A DNA stretch of 64,000 nucleotides, taken from NCBI GenBank assembly GCA_965178125.1, contig OZ237750.1, forward strand, positions 992,001 to 1,056,000, in the 5' to 3' direction. Shown here one piece after another: positions 47,732 to 61,610 of this stretch. Below the pieces are notes generated by a model that worked only from the letters and a program-made list of their open reading frames with translations, was not told the origin of the DNA and ran no database searches. This DNA is from Bilabrum cf. latius (lineage: Eukaryota). The translations under genes were made by a program, and so were the position numbers. Every line of letters begins with the position of its first letter. The first letter of the stretch is position 1.

Positions 47732-50700
47732 TTACCCGGTGTACCCCGGCATGACGTACTCGATAAAGCAGCACCACCCTCCGAATGCCAAGATGAGCAC
47801 CGCCGAGTAGGGCAGCACAACCTGCAGGATGGCAGTCAGGGACACGTCACTTTCGCCCTTGCTCCCAGCCTCGTCCGGGCCCGATGCGCCGCTGTCGTTG
47901 CCCCTGCTGGCCTCTTGGTCGCCCCCTTCCTTTTCACTGCTCTCCTCGTCATCGCCTTCCTCGTCGTCGTCCTGGGTGGCCACCATCGCCACCACGATGC
48001 TCTGCAGGCTGATCATCCCGCCCATGACGCCGCCCCCGGCGTTCGCCGCCACCGCCAGCATCGGGCTCACCCCGGCCTGCTCCGCTGCAATGCGCTGCAG
48101 CCCGGCAAACAGCACGTTGGACGAGGTCGCGCTCCCGGTCAGGCACACGCCCAGGTACCCGATGAGTGGAGAGACCAGCGGGAAGGCGCCCCCCGTCTCG
48201 GCCAGAGCCAGCCCCATGCTGGTGTCCATCCCCGCGGCCCGCACGACGTACGCCAGGGCCAGCAGCAGGGCGATGGTCAGCAGGCTCAACCACATGCGAC
48301 GCGCAGTCGAGCCCAGCGTCTGCAGCGCCTCCCACGGCCCGAAGCCCACGAAGGCAGAGGTGGCGATGGCTGCCAGCAGGATGGAGGTGCCGGTCGCCGC
48401 CAGCACGTTGACGCTCCATGTTGCGCTCCTCAAGCCTCCGCTGTAGTCCTGGATCTCCCCGTCGAGTCCCGGGATCGATACCTTGTAGTCCGCGAAGGAG
48501 AAGAGCTCTTGGACGGGGTCCAGCCCCCATACAAGCACCAGAGCGCTGAGAGAGATCCAAGGGGCAAACGCCCGCGCCAGGTCGCAAGCAGACAGGCGGT
48601 CTAGCCGGAATCGAGACGATGCGCGGGAGATCGAAGTGGGTTGGCCACCGCTGGATTCATCCAAGGGGCGTGCGGATGACCTGCTACGGGTAACTTCGGT
48701 GCTGCCGGGCCCTCCCGGCGAGCCTCCAGCGGGTGCATCCGCAGCTGGGCCCGACTTGGTTCCCTCCGGTACATTGCCTCCGTCACCTTCCTAGGGCTCT
48801 CCGGGCCCTTGCTTGTGCCCCTCCACCTGCTTCCAGTCGTTGTCTGCGCTTGCAATTGACACTTTCACGACGGCCGCCATCACCGCATCGTCCGGCGCTT
48901 CGCGGCGGCCCGCGCCCCTGCCACGCTCAGCTAGCGAGGCGCTGACCGAGCGACCGGGCCCGTGCAGCCCGCTGGGTGTCAGCCTGCCGCCTACACGAGA
49001 CCCAGGTCTGCCGTCAACCCCGACCACGGACCCAGTGCCGCCGCTCACAGACCTGGGCGGGGCCGTGCTGCCCGATCCGGCAGCGGCGGGCGGCTCCAGC
49101 TGCAGGGCCGGGACGCGGCCCAGCGCGGCCATCCAGCGGCCGCGGATGAGTGGGGAGCTGGGGGAGGCGCCCGTGGCAGTGTGGCTGCGGAGCCTGAGCC
49201 GGTGCATCTCGACAGCGCTGTGCGCGGCTGGCTGGGGCGTCTGGGTCGGGGACAGGTAGGGCGAGTGCGGCACTAGCGCAGGCGCTTCGCCGCGCGAGTC
49301 GAGCGGCGACCGAATCGCTGGGAGTTTCGCCGAGGCATCTTGCGTCGACTGACGGGCGCTTGATCCTCGGCCTGGACTGCCAGCATCGGCGCGGCGGGCC
49401 TGTGCACTGCCATCGTTGCTGGACTCGGGCGGGTCATCATGTAGCGCGTCTTCTTGCTCGTTTGCCTCCTCCTGGTCCTGGTCCCAAGCATCCCGCTCGT
49501 CGACCACGCCGTCGATCAGGTCCTCGATGGGGCTGGGCCCAGCCGCGAGGGCGCCGATCACGGCCGAGTCGTCCAGCTGCACGCGGAAGGACTGTCGCTT
49601 GCGGCCGCTGAGAGCCACCCTGCCGCTGATGGCGCTCTGCAGGGCAAAGAACAGCCGGTTGGTACCGCGGTCTGCTGCGTCGTCGATGTCCAGCTGCCCG
49701 TCGTCAAGGCTAGGGCCCCCGGTCAAATCGGCGGGGCTGGCGGACCGATGGCTCCAAGCGTCAGGCTCCCCGTCCCCGTCCTACCCCCTACCAGCGCTGG
49801 CTCCATCCTGGCCCTCAACACCAGTCACCTGCTCCTGGCTGCCCTTGTTCCCCGATCCTCTCCCTTGTTCCCCCCGGGCCCCCTCCCTCGGGGCCATCTC
49901 AATGTCGCCACTGGCAGCAGCAGCATCTCCTTCACCCTGGTCTTCTCTCTGCCTCAGTGCGTCCTCCCCACCCTGTTTCCTGCCGGGTGCACCGCGTGTG
50001 TCGGACGGCGTGCTTCCCTGTCCCCCGGCCGCCCAGCTCTGGTCCTTGGCTCGGAGCACCGTGGGTGGCTGCCAGAACTGGAGCAGCACGGCCACTGCCA
50101 CAAGAGAGACGAGCGATGCCACCACGGACACTGGTCGAGCCCCCACGAACTCTGTCACGATGGCAAGAGACCCCGTGTAGACGAGCGAGACGGTCAGCAC
50201 CGCGGGCCACGTTTCCAGCGTGCCTTGGATGGAGCCGCACGACGCGAAGACGACCATCCACGGGACAAGCAGGCCGAATGGGACCTGCAGCCGACCGGTG
50301 GCTCTGGCAACGTCATTAATTTCGAAGCCAGTTGCCTCTGGGATGACCAGAATGGGCGTGCCCAGAGCACCGAAGCTCACTGGGATCGTGTTGGATAGCA
50401 GCGCCAGAGACGCAGACTCGATCTTGCTAAATCCCATGCCTGCTAGCATGGCGGCAGCTAGTGCCACGGGTGTGCTGAACCCCGCCGCTCCCTCGAGGAA
50501 GCCTCCGAACAGGTATGCGATCACGAGGGTCTGCATGCGGCGATCCGGCGACAGAGACAGCAACACGGCCTTCACGATGTCGAAGGCGTGCGACCGCACC
50601 GTCAGATCGTACAAGAAAAGGGCAGTGAGAACAATCCATGAGATCGGGAGTATGCTGAACAGTATCCCGTGAAGAACTGCGTGAAAAAGCCTTTAAAAAA

Positions 50701-51134
50701 TCGCTCACGAAGGATCAATACGTGTCTCGCGCTTCCGAACACACGAAGAATGTACGCCGCACAATCCTTACCTGATGCTGCAGTCGTATCAAAGGGCATT
50801 TCAAAGGCAAAAACGGCAATAGTGACCGCGCAAATCAAGCTTGCGGCAGCGGCCCATATCACCTGCAGGGTGTGATTGAATGGTGATGGGAATGAGAAAC
50901 GCCGCATCTCATGGCAACTATATACTAGAACGATCCATCAGCCGAAGATTCTGATAGAATGAAGACTAGTTAGTTGCAACATACCTTCAGTCGAAGGCCT
51001 AAAGCCAAAAATAAAGTAAAGATTGGCATAAATGCAACGACTGCGCTCGCTCCCAATGAATCACCTATCCTGGTGGGGTCCTGAACAAATGCAGGGAGCG
51101 AGGCGTTCTAGAAAGATGCGTTACTCTCGTCCAT
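47732..51134 (-). CDS. L-lactate/glycolate permease (LctP family) with large internal disordered insertion
   Basis: GILFSILPISWIVLTALFLY, SPDRRMQ, FGGFLEGAAGFSTP, NTIPVSFGALGTP, LTGSATSSNVLF, GGMISLQSI. Introns 50863-50984 and 50677-50771; TAG 51108, 49781, 48791; ends TAA 47732. Confidence 0.9.
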
Positions 51135-51806
51135 ATCTTCTGCCAGTAATACGAGAGGTGCCGGATTTTCCCGCGGATGCCACAGTTCGAACGAACGAAC
51201 GAATCTTGATTTCTATTTCTTCTGTTCGATGTTGGTTCCTTTTTCCGGTTTGAACCAGGCTGGCTGCACTGCACTGGCAGTAAGAACACCACACTTGCAC
51301 TCAACCATGCGACGGATACACCGTGGTGGAACAGGCAAACGTCGATGCCATGGCTGAGGGTCTGTCAGGCATAGGGCCCCCCCAGGCAGTAGGGCGAGCT
51401 GTCGCTGTGGCAGGCAGTGCTGTCGCTGTGGCAGGCAGTGCCAGCCTCGCTCGAGACGTGCTGCGCGCTGACACCACTGGCATGTGAGTCCACGCGCTGG
51501 ATGGGGGCGGTGCACAGGGCCCGCCGAATCCTTCAGCTTCGACGGGGGATGTTTGTGAGGCAGTTGCTTTCCTGGCAGCACGCGCGGGACGAGCTTCGGG
51601 GTGCAACTCTGGTATGTCTGGCTGCGAGCGAGCCGCGGCAAGCCCTGGAGCTCAACGGACACCAAGGGTACGAGGTGGTGCTGCGCCGGGCACTGGAGTC
51701 CTGCTTCGTCTCGACTGCTAGCTGCACGGAGTGAAGTGCAGGTAATACCAGTGCAATTGTGTTTCTCATCAATTTGCGCAGCTGATCAGCTCGACAAGGC
51801 GGCTCT

Positions 51807-52955
51807 TCAAGGCGGTTCTGGTGCTCGCCGCAAGGGCGCATCATCGTCTTCAAAGCCTCCGCTGGCAGTGGCAGCTTCCTCGCCCACCCCCACATTCCCG
51901 GTCCACCGTGCCTCTTGATCCACGACAAGAAAGTGCACCCCCGCCATTGTCGCCATGATCGGCGTGAGCACCGCCGGCATCCAGTCCCGCCTGGCGCTCC
52001 CATCAGCCCATGCGGAGTCTGTCCAGCAGCTCGCTGACGTACAGCCAGCACACGATGCAGTACAGCATAGGGATAAACACAGCAAAGCTAATGAATCCAT
52101 CCGCGCAAATACCTGCAAGATTGAACGTCGATTTTGTCTGTGGGCTGTGCTCAGCTAGGAGTGCTCCCAACCGATGTCCTCGCGGCGCTCCCAGGCGACG
52201 GCTCCGATGCTGCCGACTGCGTAAAACGCCGCTACTGGTAGGATCAGGCTGCTCCAGCAGCACAGTCCGACCAATGTGGGGAGCCGCGAGCTGCCCGAGC
52301 GCACGACGGCGAAAAACAGGCAAACGATCGCAACAGAGGTGGACGTAATCACGACGCCGGCCTGTGCCATCCGCAGCACGGCCACAGGAAACCAGCTCTT
52401 TGTTTCGTACCACACATTGTCCTCCGCGCCTGGCACGTTGCAGTAGTCCGTGCCCGTCTTCTAGTACTCGATGTCCGAGGCATTCACGCCTTTACCCAAA
52501 GCAGCGTCTGGCAGCGTACCAGAAACAGAGAAGGAAGGCAGCCCTGACGAAGCCATCTCATTCGAAGGATACACCCACACCAATAACTCAGATGCGGGCC
52601 CTGTCATCGTAAGGTTCCCACCCGTGACGAGGCTTGTCCAATTCGCCAGCGTAGTAGCTTCCGAGCGGATCAAGGCCATGGCATCGTCGTCAGACGCCCC
52701 ATCGCCCAGTATAGCCTTAGCGTACAGCAGACCACCGTCCTATCTCACTCTCATGCGAGCATTGTACTTTGGGCCGGAACTGGATGCATTCAGAATGTCG
52801 TACACGTCGCCGATGACACACGAAGTATCGAGATGATCAACATCCCAGGCTTTAAGGCCGGTTTCAAGTAGTACAGCCGAAGACACCATGTAGGCAATGA
52901 AACAAATGAACGCAACAAACGTGCTCGCGAAGAAGATGCAGTCATCTTGCGCCAT
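51807..52955 (-). CDS. Hypothetical multi-pass membrane protein, paralog A
   Basis: Four same-frame ORFs joined across TAG 52740, 52461, 52155; ends TGA. N-terminal TM, luminal loop with N-x-S/T sites, further TMs. Confidence 0.75.
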
Positions 52956-54622
52956 GGTGCAACAATTCTGTAAGATCCACGCAAATTAGCGGTTCTCGAA
53001 CCCAGACCGGAACCGTCATCCTCATCCTGTTCCAGCGCGTTGCCCCGACAAGTCTGCGGTTCGAGCGAGACCCAGCCCTAGCAGCGGATCTATCACGGAC
53101 TTGCACATGGCCTACCCGCCCCGGCGAATTCCAGCAGCACGGCCCAACCGAGGCTCCGAGTCCGAGTTGCACTCGCGGCGCTCATCATGCAGCGTGCACC
53201 TAACCACTGGCAGTGGCCGCTTGTGCTCCGCCGGTGGCTCCCCGTGCTGCCTCGACCACATAATCGGTCTACCGGGCCACTGAAGCCCAAACCAAAGATT
53301 GGCTTTCATCAACATCATTGTCGCTGTGGCTATCACTCCGCTACCGAGAGAACCCGCGGTCAGCTCTTCCAGTGGCGTCAAAGCGTCGAGTAGTACTACC
53401 CGGCCGTGGCGGAGCAGGGGCACGGGCACGGGCAGGGGCACGGTACTGGTACTTCGTACTTGCCGCACTGTCTGTATTCTATGAGGCCGAAATCTCTGAG
53501 CACCGTGGCCAAGGCCAACCAGCTCTACAGGTACAGAGAAGGAGTTATCATAAATGCAAATATATTGAACCCAACGTAGCATACCAGAGCAATGAAATAC
53601 GCCAACTCCATCTATGGACTGTTTTCTGCAATGTACTGTTCCCAACTACTGTCAGTACTACCTTGTCTCCACTTAGCGGCGCCAATGCCGCCGACTGCGA
53701 AGAAAGCCGTAAGCGGCAGGATCAGACTGACCCAGCACCAGAAGGTGACAATTGCGGTGAGCCGCTCATCGCACCTTTCGGCAAAAACTGAAATCATGAT
53801 GCACACGATCCCAATCACTAATGGCGCATTAATAATGCCAGCCTGTGCCATCCGCAGCACGGCCACAGGAAACCAGCTCTTTGTTTCGTACCACACATTG
53901 TCCTCCGCGCCTGGCACGTTGCAGTAGTCCGTGCCCGTCTTCTAGTACTCGATGTCCGAGGCATTCACGCCTTCACCCAAAGCAGCGTCTGGCAGCGTAC
54001 CAGAAACAGAGAAGGAAGGCAGCCCTGACGAAGCCATCTCATTCGAAGGATACACCCACACCAATAACTCAGATGCGGGCCCTGTCATCGTAAGGTTCCC
54101 ACCCGTGACGAGGCTTGTCCAATTCGCCAGCGTAGTAGCTTCCGAGCGGATCAAGGCCATGGCATCGTCGTCAGACGCCCCATCGCCCAGTATAGCCTTA
54201 GCGTACAGCAGACCACCGTCCTATCTCACTCTTATGCGAGCATTGTACTTTGGGCCGGAACTGGATGCATTCAGAATGTCGTACACGTCGCCGATGACAC
54301 ACGAAGTATCGAGATGATCAACATCCCAAGCTATCAAGCCGGTTCCAAGCAGTATGGCAGAGGACACCATGTAGGCAAGGAAACACGCGGTGAAAATGTA
54401 AAATAGCACATAGGTAGCACAACCACGTTGCGCCATGGTGCAACAATTCTGTAAGATCCACGCAAATTAGCGGTTCTCGAACCCAGACCGGAACTGTCAT
54501 CCTCATGCTGTTCCAGCGCGTTTCTCCGACACGTCTGCGGTTCGAGCGAGACCCAGCCCTAGCAGCGGATCTATCACGGACTTGCACATGGCCTACCCGC
54601 CCCGGCGAATTCCAGCAGCACG
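52361..54622. repeat. Direct segmental duplication (about 52361-53141 vs 53842-54622, offset 1481 bp)
   Basis: Long near-identical blocks covering the coding loop, the upstream region and a copy of the last codons of the SCAPER-like gene. Confidence 0.92.
53378..54436 (-). CDS. Hypothetical multi-pass membrane protein, paralog B
   Basis: Joined across TAG 54221, 53942, 53612 and two more TAGs to TGA 53378. Central loop near-identical to paralog A. Confidence 0.75.
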
Positions 54623-57600
54623 GCCTCTGTGAGCAGAGGCCCAACCGAGAGCTCCTCGCACTCGCGCACCATGCGCCAGTCGGCCTCTGCCGATACAGAG
54701 CCGCCGCTTCGATGCCCCACCCCAGCCCCGCGCCCGTCGGCACGATGGTCGATCGACGTCTGCTCCTCCCCTCCCGCTGCACAGCCTCCCGCTGCGGCGC
54801 CCCGCTGCTCCAGCAGCTCCCCTGCCTCTGCCGCGAGGAAGGCAGGAGACACGCGCCGGGCCACGACGGCCATCGCGGCGGGCAGGGCGGCGCACATGGA
54901 CAGCAGCGACGGGACGAAGCACCGACGCAGCGAGGGCCTGGACAGGAACCGCAGAGGTGCGTGTGACAGCCGGTGCAGCAGTGTGGGCTGCGTGCCCCAC
55001 AGCAGTGCCTCCTGCGCCCTCCTCTGACCCACGCACAGAGCGCCCAGACTCGCTGCAACGCACAGGAGCAGGTCGTCCGAGCAGCACTCGGCGGGCTCCT
55101 CCAGACTGCCTGGCAACGGTAACAGCCTAACGCCGCGCCCCGCCCCCCGCGCGGGTGCACGAGCCCCTGGCACACCTTCCTCCCCAGCTCCAGCTCCAGC
55201 TCCAGTCCCTGTCCCAGTCCCTTGTGCCCGCTCTGCCTCTGCCTGCGCCGCTTGCAGCAGCGATGCAAAGGTGTGCTGCAGCTGCAGCTCCAGCGCCCTC
55301 TCGGAGTGCACGGCGGCCTGGGTCTCCTTGAGTGCGACCAGCGCGCATGCCAGCAGGGCGCGGAGGGACAGGCGGGCCACCAGCACGACATCCCGAGGGA
55401 GCACTCCCTCCCCGGGGTCGGGAGACGGAGGGGCGCAGGGCTCGCCGCAGGTGCTGCTGCTTTTTCCGGGTTTGCTGCTACTGCTGCTGCTGCTGCTGCT
55501 GGGGGGTTCGATCTTCCCCTATGCTCCTGCTGCACCGTTTGTATCGCGGGGGGGTGTGGACGGCGCTTGTCGCCCTGACCCTGACCCTGCCGCCGCTGCT
55601 GCTGCTGCTGCTGCTGCTCTGGATTGCGGAGAGGAGGGTGCACGCGCCCTGGACCTCCGCTGGGAGCCGAGGGGAGACGCTCCGAGGGCGATCTCGGCCA
55701 GGAAGGCAGGCACGCCCATGGCCCCCGTCTCCGTGATGGCCGCTGCGGTGTCTGCCCTCAGCTTGGCCTGCGCGCGGCTGGTGGTGCTAGAGCCTGGGGC
55801 CGAGTGTGTCGGAGCCGCCGCCCTCCGGACTGCGGTGAGGAGCAGAGCAGACACGGACAGCGCGGACAGCACAGGATGCGCGCATCCCAGCCTGCTTGCG
55901 AGGCCACCCTGCGCCGCGCTGAGGAAAGCAGTCAGCCGCTGGGGCAGCCCGCTGGCAACAGCGTACTGCAGCACCGGCAGGTACTCGACAGGCAAGGGGT
56001 CCTCCAGGCCCCATGCAGCGCTCGATCCGGGCGCAGGGTCCGCGAGCGATGAGTCGGCATGGTCGGATGTCTCTGGCCCCGGGGACACGCTGCCCTCGCC
56101 CGGTGGCGCGTCGGCACCGGCCCCTGCCCCGTCCACGATGGGCTGCAGCAGCATGCTGAGCCCAGCCGCGGCCGCCTCGAAGGATGCTACAGTGGATAGC
56201 AGCTGTGCCCTCGCGATCCGCCGCTCGAAGGAGGCAGCCGGTTTCAGGGACACGGGAAACGAGGTGCCCAGCGCATCTGCCCGCCGCCGCCGCCCGCGCC
56301 TTCCCCCGGGCACGCCTCGCCCCTGCTGCGGCCTCCCCCCGCCCGCGCCTCCTCCGAGCCCCGCAGACTCAGTGTGCACGGCCCCATCCTGCATCGCGGC
56401 AGTGGCAGCAGCCTCGCGCGCCCTCCGCAGGCGCTCTTGCCTGTGCTGCACCATGTCATCCCTTACACTCGCAGCCAGCGCGCGGCCCTCAACGTTTCCC
56501 ACCGACTGGCTGGAGGGTGCTCTTGCACTTGGCCTGCCCGTGCTTGCCGCATGGGCGGCTGTCCCTCGCACACGGTTCGCCCGCAGTGCCTATCCAGCTC
56601 CCGCCCCACTGGTGGCAGCGTTGCCTCGCGATGCACCCGATTGCGCCATCCCGCTCTCGCCTGCCGCCCTCCTCGCCGCAGCCGGCAGCTCGCACAGCAG
56701 AGCATAGCAGTGCCCCAGCGCGTCCAGCGCCTCGGCCAGTGCGTCTACCAGCACCACAGCAAGGCCGGACCGGAGCAAGGCACGCCTGCCCTGGGGGCAT
56801 CCACACGCCAGAGACACAGTCCGCAGCGCCGCCAGCAGCGCGCGGGCCCGGCTGAGGCGCAGCAGGACCGAGGCATGCGCGTCTGCCGCCACCTCAGGAG
56901 CAACCTGCTCCGACGCACTCCTTTTATCCTGAGCCGAAGGGTGCGTCGGGGACTGCCGGGAACCGGCGACCTTGCCGCGGTCTCGCAGCTGTCCAGAGCT
57001 GAGGCTCCTGCCGGGGCCGTGCCTGGCGCTAGATCTTGAGCCCGACCGGAGCTTGGCAGAAGAGGCAGCCGCGGCAGTGAGGACCCCAGAGGGGGCCAGC
57101 ACCCCCCTGGGCAGCAGGGAGGCCACCAGAGCCACAGAGAGGGCCAGCACGCCAGAGCCGCAGACGTTGTCCACGATGCCGGCAGGGGCCAGCTGGTGCT
57201 TGGCCAGCATACGGCCGCCAAATGGCCTCGCATCCACGGCCGCAGATGCCTCCACCACCAGCCCGCCCAGCTCTGCATCGCCGCCGGCAGAAATGGAGGC
57301 AGCCCCACCCCCGGCCAAGCGGGAGCACACCGCGTGGCAACTGCTCGACAGCCCGGAGCCCAGCAGCAGCAGAAGCGGGGACGCGACCTTGCCGTCCAGA
57401 ACAGTCGGAGCCCCGCATGCAGACGCAGCGGCGACCTCGAGCCGGTGCCGGTGCCCTTTTCGACCCCCAACCTGGGCGCCAGCAGACATGCCCGCTGCCC
57501 CAACGGCCTAGCCCTGCTTAGCGCGGCCCCCTTTCCCGTCCTGCCTGGCCGCAGACAGCGCCTGCCCCGCCTCGGGCGCCTGCAGCAGCACCCCGCACGC

Positions 57601-60600
57601 CGCGAGGAGCCCAGCCAGCATCGCAGACACGGCCGACTCGCCGAGACCGGCCACTCCCGCCGTCTCTAGCCGCAGCGAGTCGGGCGCCACCAGCCCCCTC
57701 GGCCAGAGCCCCTCCTCCTCGGCCCTCCGCAGGGATGCCACCAGGAGAGCGTGGCCCAGAACGTGCTGCCCCTGCCTGCGCCGCAGGTGCGCCGCCCTGG
57801 CGGCGGGCACGTCCTGCGCCGCCAGCTGCGTCAGCCGCTCCAGCCCTTCACTGAGCGCGCACAGACGGGCGGCAGTCCTACGGGCCCGCCCCAGCAACCG
57901 CATTGACCTAGTTAGTGCCGAGTCCGCCGCGGCAGCGGAGCCACTACCGTTGCTGGACTTTGGTGCACCGCCACCGCCAGACCCCGCCACTCCTGCTCCC
58001 GACCCCGCCAGCAGCTGGTCGTGGCTGGGCCCGTCGGGGTCCACCCACGACGCGCATGGAGGGAACATGCCCTGGAACTGGAGGGACACCATGCTCTGGG
58101 CAGCGGCGGGGGAGGGAGGCACGGGGGCCGGCAGCACCGGCTTCCTCTCGTCCTGAGCACCCCCCTGAGACTCTGGGCTCCTGCGGTAGGCCCCGAAGAG
58201 AGGCAGATCGCTGGCAGAGGCCCCCTCGAGCCCCGGGCCTGCCGTCCTTTCGGCGAGCCCTCCCCCTAGGCCGAGCTCGCCACGGGGTACAGCAGCGCCC
58301 TCGCGCCTCCCAAGCAGCGCGGACACGCCCTCCGCCTCCACCCCGAACGCGACTGCAATGGTCCGCAGCGACTCGGCCACCAGGCCCTGCGCATCTGCCC
58401 GGACGAGCCGGAGCGCCGGCACGTGCAGCCGAAGCCGCTTGGCTGCCGCGGCCGAGGCCGAGGTACCCGTGTCCCTATCCCCGCCGGACAGACGGAAACT
58501 GCCGATCCCGATGCTGCGCCTCGCAGCATCTGCATCCCTGGACGCAGCGTACTGCGCGATGTCTCTGCGCGCAGTTTGCCTCCTCTTGCGCCTCCTCTCC
58601 CGCTCTTCCCTGGACACACGCGGCACGGGCAAGAAGGACGAGGATGAGGACGAGGATGAGGCTGAGTACTGGCCAGCCTAGGAGTTCCCTCCTCGGCGGC
58701 GAGCACCGTGTCTGTCGGACATCCTTACCCCTCTCGCGGCCAGCACAGACCGTCTGCCCGCACCAGATGCCAGAGAGCCAGAGTTGGAGCGGGATGCCCG
58801 GCCCTACGCGCCATGCGTGGTCCTGGGCCCGTGCAGCTAAAAGGACCCCGAGGAGGTGCGCCGGTGCGGGGGTGTGCGAGACATCCTGCTGGACCCAGCG
58901 CCTGCCCATGGCCGAGCGCCAACTCCGTGCAGAGAGCCCCCTCGCTCACGAGCGGGCGTGGATGACACAGAGGCGGGGCTCAGAGGGGCGTGACTCCGGT
59001 CGTGCAGCTGCTGGCCCCTCGAGCGTGACGTGCCACGGATCGCGGCGCTGTGGCTCTGGGCAGACCGCGGGGACGACGGGTCCGTCCGATCTGCGCCCGC
59101 ACGGGGAGAGGCGCAGCTGCCGAGGCTCGCATCGCCTGGGCCGGCCTTGCGACTGGCCTCCTGGTCCTAGCCATGCACGCCTGTGACTGGCCCATCCCCG
59201 GCTGCGGCCCGTTCCACGAGCTCCCTGAACTCCCGCAGGGTGACTGCTCCTGCTGCAGCTGCGGCGTCCTCGGCGAAGGCAGGTTGCTCTGGCGGGCAGT
59301 CCTGCGTGCCCTTCCGTTTCTTCTTCCTTCTCTTCTTCTTCTTTGGTTTGACCGCCCGATCCTGCCCAGATTCGTTGGCCAGAATGTTGCTTGAGGCTGT
59401 AGCCGCCGCACCTGTTGTCCCAGCCAGCTCATCACCACCAGCCCCCACATCCACCGATGGTCGCTGCAGGGGCCCCTTCCAGCCAAATCCGGGGGACTCG
59501 CTGTCCGCCGACGTGCTCAGCACGTGTGCAGACAAGAAGCCCCCGCCCATTCCATTTTCTGTCGTGCCGCCCGCTGTGCCTAGCAGCCGCATGCTAATAG
59601 ACAAATCGTCGCGGTCCTATACAACACCCCTCTGCCCGTCCTCCCACCCCTGCCCATGGTCGCCCTGCAGCGAGTGCTACCTACGAGACACCTTGGGCAC
59701 GATCCAGTCCCCGCCCGCAGGTGCACCCGATGATGCTCCCCCGGCCAGCGCAGTCTGCTGCTAATCCCCGTGTCTCTCCATGGACAACAAGCTGCCGTGA
59801 GATGAAGATAGGACTCCACCCGTCTAGTGCGCGATGCCTGCGGGCTGTGACAGCTACATGGAGTCTAGCAGAGGGGGGGCCGGTGCATGGCCCAGCTCCA
59901 TGCCCTCGGTGAGCGGTGACAGGGGCGGGCTGCGCACCACCTCAGCATCTCCAGAAGGCTCGCGGCTTCCTGCCTCTGTGCGCATGCGGGACCGCAGCGC
60001 GGCTCCCTCGGTCTCTCTGTCCCTGCCCCTGCCTCTGTCCCTGCCCCTGCCCCTGCCATGAACCTGCACCTGCTCCCCGTTGTCGTCCGCCAATGCGCCC
60101 AGGAGCCCGCCTGCCGCTCCACCGGACTGCGCCCCAAGCAAGCCAAGAGCACCCCCGGTCTCAGCATCATCGCCGCGAGCTACGTCTGGAGCAAACCCTC
60201 CCAACAGCGGCCCGCTCAGCTACCGGCCCTCCTCCTCCTCTTCCTGCTCATCTCTCTCGTCCCCGGACCCGTCCCCGGGCAGGGAGCCAAGCGGCGCTCC
60301 GCTGGATGCGCGTCTTCGGCGAGAGCCAGAGGGAGCGCTGGCAGCGCTGTGTCCACCGACAGAGCGCGAGGCGCTGTTTCGAGCAGCGAGAAAGCTTCCA
60401 ATGGTCATGCGCGGCGGTGTGCGGCTATACCTGCCCTCCTCATCTTCCTGGGCCGGTTTGCGCCACGCAATGCTGGTAGCCTTGGCGCGGATCGAGTCCA
60501 GGGCAGCCTCCCTTCTGCGGTCGCCCTCCTGTAGCCTCCTGGATATCTCGTGCCGCTTGGCCTGATTTTGTACCTGCAGGATGAAGCCGACTTCGTGCAC

Positions 60601-61571
60601 TTTCTGGTTCTCGGTCTCAGCCTTGCGGCGCACCTGCTCGAGGTGAGCCTGGTGCCGTCCCGCCGCCCGCTCTAGCCGCTGCGCCATGGCTGCCCCCTGC
60701 GCCTGCAGACGCCTCTCCCTCCTCTCCCTGGCCCTCTCTGCCCTCTGCGCGAGCGCCTGCCTCCGCTCCTCTCTGGCCCTCAGCTGCTTCTGTCGGTTCC
60801 TCTCGGCCTGCTGCAGCCGCTCCTGCATGGCCTCCTGCTGCTCGCGGGGAGACAGCTTCCGCTGCCGGGTCGGACTGCTCAGCTTCGCGTGCAGCAGGAG
60901 GCCTCCGGACTCGGGTGATTTGGCCCGGCGAGCAGCCGTGCGAACAACGGACTCAGGAGGCGGCGAGCAGTACGAAGCAACGGCGCCCTTGGAGGTGTGC
61001 TTGCCGACGAGTGCCCTACCCTTGGAGGTGTGCTTGCCGACGAGTGCCCTACCCCCTGCACCCGACCTCCCGCTCCGGCTGCTAGTCCCTGTAGGCCTAC
61101 TCGATCGAGTAACCTTGTCAGCTGGCCGCTTATCGCGCCTCCTGCCGCGCTTCCGCCCCTGCCTGCCCCATCCTTTCCGGTACCCATTTCCCACCGAGTC
61201 ACGGTACACGTCGCCTCCAGCCTCGGAAGATGGCTTGCCCTCGCCATGGAAGATCGACCGCCAGCTCCTGCCTCCGCCTTCGTCTGAGCTTTCCCGCTTC
61301 GACACGGCTGGAATTCTGTCCCCTCTGCTGCCAGTGAGCTCTCTGCTGCTACCTGGTAGTGTAGTGGTAGCCATGCCTCTACGCCGGGCCGCGCCTTCAC
61401 CCGCACCCGCACCCACACCCACACCCACACCCGCACCCGCACCCGCACCCGCACCCGCACCCACACCCACACCCGCACCCTCACCCGCACCCGCACCCGC
61501 ACCCGCACCCGCACCCGCACCCGCACCCGCACCCGCACCCACACCCGCACCCGCACCCGCACCCGCACCCG

Positions 61572-61610
<39 letters not shown>

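Noticed and set aside
51345-51734. Small plus-strand ORF via TAG readthrough
   Set aside because: No recognisable motif; short open frames are expected by chance at this GC content with only two stop codons.
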